Notes under the pieces: generated by a model | The model's input: the letters and a program-made list of their open reading frames with translations, nothing else | Told to the model about the DNA's origin: nothing | Databases searched by the model: none | Program-made: the position numbers and the translations under genes | Shown here: positions 59,711 to 64,000 of the stretch, piece by piece | How the letters are laid out: each line of letters begins with the position of its first letter | Position numbering within the stretch: the first letter of the stretch is position 1 | Origin: the human T2T-CHM13v2.0 reference genome, Homo sapiens | Reading direction: 5' to 3' (one strand) | Length of the DNA: 64,000 bases | NCBI RefSeq assembly: GCF_009914755.1 | Contig: NC_060934.1

Positions 59711-59899
59711 CAAAATGGATACGTTTCTTACATGGGAAATGAATGGCAATCTAACTGCAAATTCTTGAAAGTCCCCATTTAAGAAAATTGCATTGCTTTT
59801 TAGGTAACCTGTTGAACAGTTTCAGCGTGAACCTGGACACAGTCTACTTCCAAAGTCCAGGTGCTCATGGAGGACCCTTTCTCCAAGCTCCAGATCTGT

Positions 59900-60210
59900 C
59901 TGTTCATTGTGGTAGCTGCTAGCCACCTGTGGCTTTTGAGCCCTTGAAATGTGGCTGGTCTGAACTGATATGTGCTGTAAATGTGAAATACACACCAGAT
60001 ATCAAAGGCTTAAGATGAAATAAAGAATATAACACATCTTCATTAGTAAATTTTAAATTGATGACATGTTGCAATGACCATGTTTTGGATATGCTGGGTT
60101 AAACAAATGCATTGTTACAATTAATTTCACCTGTTGCTGTTTACCTTTTTAATGTGGCTGCTGGAAAATTTCAGTGATATATTTGGCCATATGACATTTC
60201 TATTGGGCAA
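59900..60210. mobile_element. MER33/MER3-type hAT-Charlie MITE
   Basis: ggtagctgctagccacctgtggc...ttgaaatgtggc...aaatacacaccagat...tttctattggg. Confidence 0.75.
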
Positions 60211-61636
60211 CATTAAAGTATGAAACTGGTAATTCTCCAGGGAATTGAATAGCTCCTGCGTGAAGGTTGGGTGAACGGGAAGCAGGTGACAGGGATTGAT
60301 AGGTAACAGAAGAGGAAACGGAGGAGTAACAAGAACAGTATCTCAGCACTCTAGGCCTCAGAGAGATTGTCAGTGGCACCTCCAGTCGCACCTGAAACTG
60401 AACAGACAGTAACCAGTGGGCCTGTTTGTTTTGCTCCTAGCAACAGGTCCCAGCTGGTCCCAGCCCAGCCGAGTCTGCCAGATGCTTTTCAAGCATGTTG
60501 TGGTAATACAGCCTGGTGATGGCAACATCCTGAATGGCTGTAGCAAGGAGCTTTATCCAAAAAGAGTAGCAGCTGTTTTCTAGTGGCTCTTGAACTACAT
60601 CAACACTGTTTTCCTGAAATATTCTTAGGTCCCGTGTGCAAATGAGTTTTCTGCAGTCTCCAAAGTTGGTGGTTACAGGTCCTGTGCTTTATGTTTTGCT
60701 GAAATCTTCACTCTTAACCACCATCACTTTCCTCTTGAATGGTATTTTTTTTTTCTAATGTGACATGGGAGAAATTTACAGACATGCCAATCAGAATTTC
60801 TGAGTATGTTTTAGAATTTGAAATATATCTGAGTGATTTGAGGTTTTGTTGTTCTTACAATATCATGCTCATTTTATTTTTCTCTCTCTTTTTATGTGAA
60901 GACTCAATTTACCTGTTGCTGTATTTAATTCCTTTGAATTATATAGCCTTGGCCCTTTCAAGAGAAGCTAAGCAAAATATGTTAACCTCATGGGGGATGG
61001 TGATACTCTACAATTTTGTGGCATGTCTCTATCCTACACGTAGTCTAGGTCAAACATAACATAACATGGTTATGTTACAAACTAATTGTAACAATGCATT
61101 ATTTCACAACTGCAGACAGAGAAAACTACTTATGACATCACTTAAAGGAACCGGGCCTGTCTTACTGATCTTTCCAAGCCTGGCAGGAGGTAGACTGTGA
61201 AGAAGGCATGTGTTGTTCCTGGCTTTCTGCTCTCCCTGCCTGTGCTCCTCCTTACTGGGCAGATAGATCTCTGCTTCCTGGCCTCCTCCTTCCTCCCTCC
61301 TCCCTCCTGTACCTGCTAGACACCCACCCCCATCCCCAAGAACTCTATTTATGCAGGCTCCTTGTTCCTTTCTGCTTTTGTGTGAACTGAGCCATATTAT
61401 AAAAGGCAACTTACTTTTCTCTTTTTTCTAGGAATGTCATTTAGCTACTTCTTGCCTAGTAAAGGATCTTACCCTTAGCTTATTCACACTAAGCTATTGG
61501 TAAATGAGGAGATTTGATACATGATTTCTCTCTGGATAGTTTTGGCTTTGTTTGTTTTAGGTCATAAGATGAGGAAAGTCTGGAAATTCAAAGGGATAAA
61601 CATCAATGAATACGAACTGAGAGAGATGGAGACTAA

Positions 61637-62252
<616 letters not shown>

Positions 62253-64000
62253 TAATTTTAAGTGTCAGTATTTTGCTCATGGGAAGTAATCTGTAGGTAG
62301 GAGAAGTGTCACAATAACCATAAAAGCACAGAAGCCACATCATTCTTCAGGTTGTCCCCAGGGGCTGCCAAGACAACTTTGAGTGCACGGCTAAAATCTC
62401 CAGTTAACTGACAACTTCTGTAATTAATTATTCCTGTCTCCTTCAATCATGCAGCAATTAGATTTTCATTACCTGTGAAAAGGTCAACATTTATTTGCTG
62501 ATTTTTAAGACTGGAGTCCATTCTTAAGTTACTTCGTGTCAAGGAAGATGGATATTCATTCACACTAAGCTGATATTAACATCATGATGGATTTTGAATG
62601 TCTTTTTAATAAGTCATTAATATATTTTTGGAAATTTCTTAAGAATTTTTTTCCCTAGTTTCTGAAATCTTAGCTTGATGTTTTGGAACAACTAAAGGAA
62701 TATAAATATAAGAGTTTTTTTTTTCTTTCTACTGTGGTGACATAATTTGTTTTAAGCTTCATATAGCTAATAGCAATTAGTGGAAATTAGTGACTTTTGG
62801 GACTCTTTCAAGAAGGACACAGAGACCTGCATGTGTCAGGGAGAATCTATAGGTAACACCTTGTACTACAGCCAAATCCCCTTTCCTGTCTCCCCTTTTC
62901 CTTATACAACCTGGGTTGCACTAATGATTAACTGTTTCAGATATTGGGCGTTCATATATTTTAATGCTGGTAAAAAATATTTAGAAAAACTGTTCACAAA
63001 AGTAGCTGCACTTGAAGTAGCAAATTAACTAAAACAATTACATATATTTTTTTTTTCAAATTTAGTCAGCTAAATATTTGAACACTTAATCTTCCCTGTC
63101 TTTTCCGTTTGGGAGAGGTTTGGCCTTCACTTTTTTCCCCCCTTAATTCCTTCAGAAGAAGTAGTCTAGTCCTTATTTTCAAGGATTTCAAGTAACTGAA
63201 AACCAAATCTTTCGAGCAAGATGGACTTAATTTTAAATACACATTAGATTAAAATAAATTTAATTTTGTAATAGCAGGATGAATTTTCACTAACATTTTT
63301 AAAGGTATATGAAAATGGACTATTAGCTTTCCAAAGATGCTTTAAATGTTTTTTTGTTTTCTGATCCTGACTGTTATTATAATAACAAAATAACTGGTCA
63401 GTAAGTAATCACTCTACAGTTTTTTAAAAAAAAAAGAAACTTTAGAAGAGAAATTCCTGTGGGAATTAGTAAAATAACAGAATAGAGATATAATGAAGCA
63501 TATATATTTATTTTGTCTTTTAATATGATATATGATAGGGATTTGCTCTAACACTCTTAAGGCATGAGCAAATGAATACTTTAAATAAATCATCCCTTAT
63601 ACACTTAAGTAATTGAAGAACAATTTTTTTTCTCAAAACTATCACCAGCATGCATGCAGTTCAGTGTGCTATAGTTGTTTGGTGTATAAACTATCTTAGT
63701 ACAGTTGAAAACTGTAATAATTTCATTACATATACTTTGCATAGGTAGCTAAGTACGCCTGAAATAACATTTATGAACAGGATTCCCAGGGGTCTGGAAA
63801 AATTAATGTGAGTTTTTAAATGTGTTCAACTTCTTGCAGAGAACAGCCACCTCCTCTGTGACTGAATGTCTTCAACATTGTGTGGCTCTCACAGTGCCTG
63901 TTGTACAATTGTAAGCAACCACAAAAAAGCTTACACATTCAAGAAGTTGGATAATGAGACATATTTATCACTAAAATGCTAAAATTAAAGGACAATAGAA

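Overview
Primate genomic DNA, most likely human. About 55 kb is repeat-rich, apparently intergenic sequence (Alu, L1, L2, MIR, ERV1/ERVL/MaLR solo LTRs, hAT MITEs, microsatellites). It is followed by a CpG-island promoter (~55.5-56.8 kb) carrying two alternative first coding exons of CACNB2 (voltage-gated Ca2+ channel beta-2 subunit) on the + strand. One encodes MVQRDMSKSPPTAAAAVAQEIQMELLENVAPAGALGAAAQ (beta2d-type N-terminus) and the other MNQGSGLDLLKI (beta2c-type). The rest of the window is intron; the shared next exon was not seen and appears to lie beyond the window. Gene and repeat-subfamily names come from recall, not a database search. None of the supplied ORFs is a credible gene, and I see no new multi-gene system. 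The most interesting observations are structural and regulatory: a ~235-bp locally templated inverted duplication inserted with a 9-bp direct repeat into an old L1; a double fold-back quasi-palindrome; a 22-bp G-U-compatible hairpin next to a tandem amplification of its own arm; three twin-priming L1 inversions and one apparently scrambled L1; and candidate translational/splicing control elements in the CACNB2 first exons.
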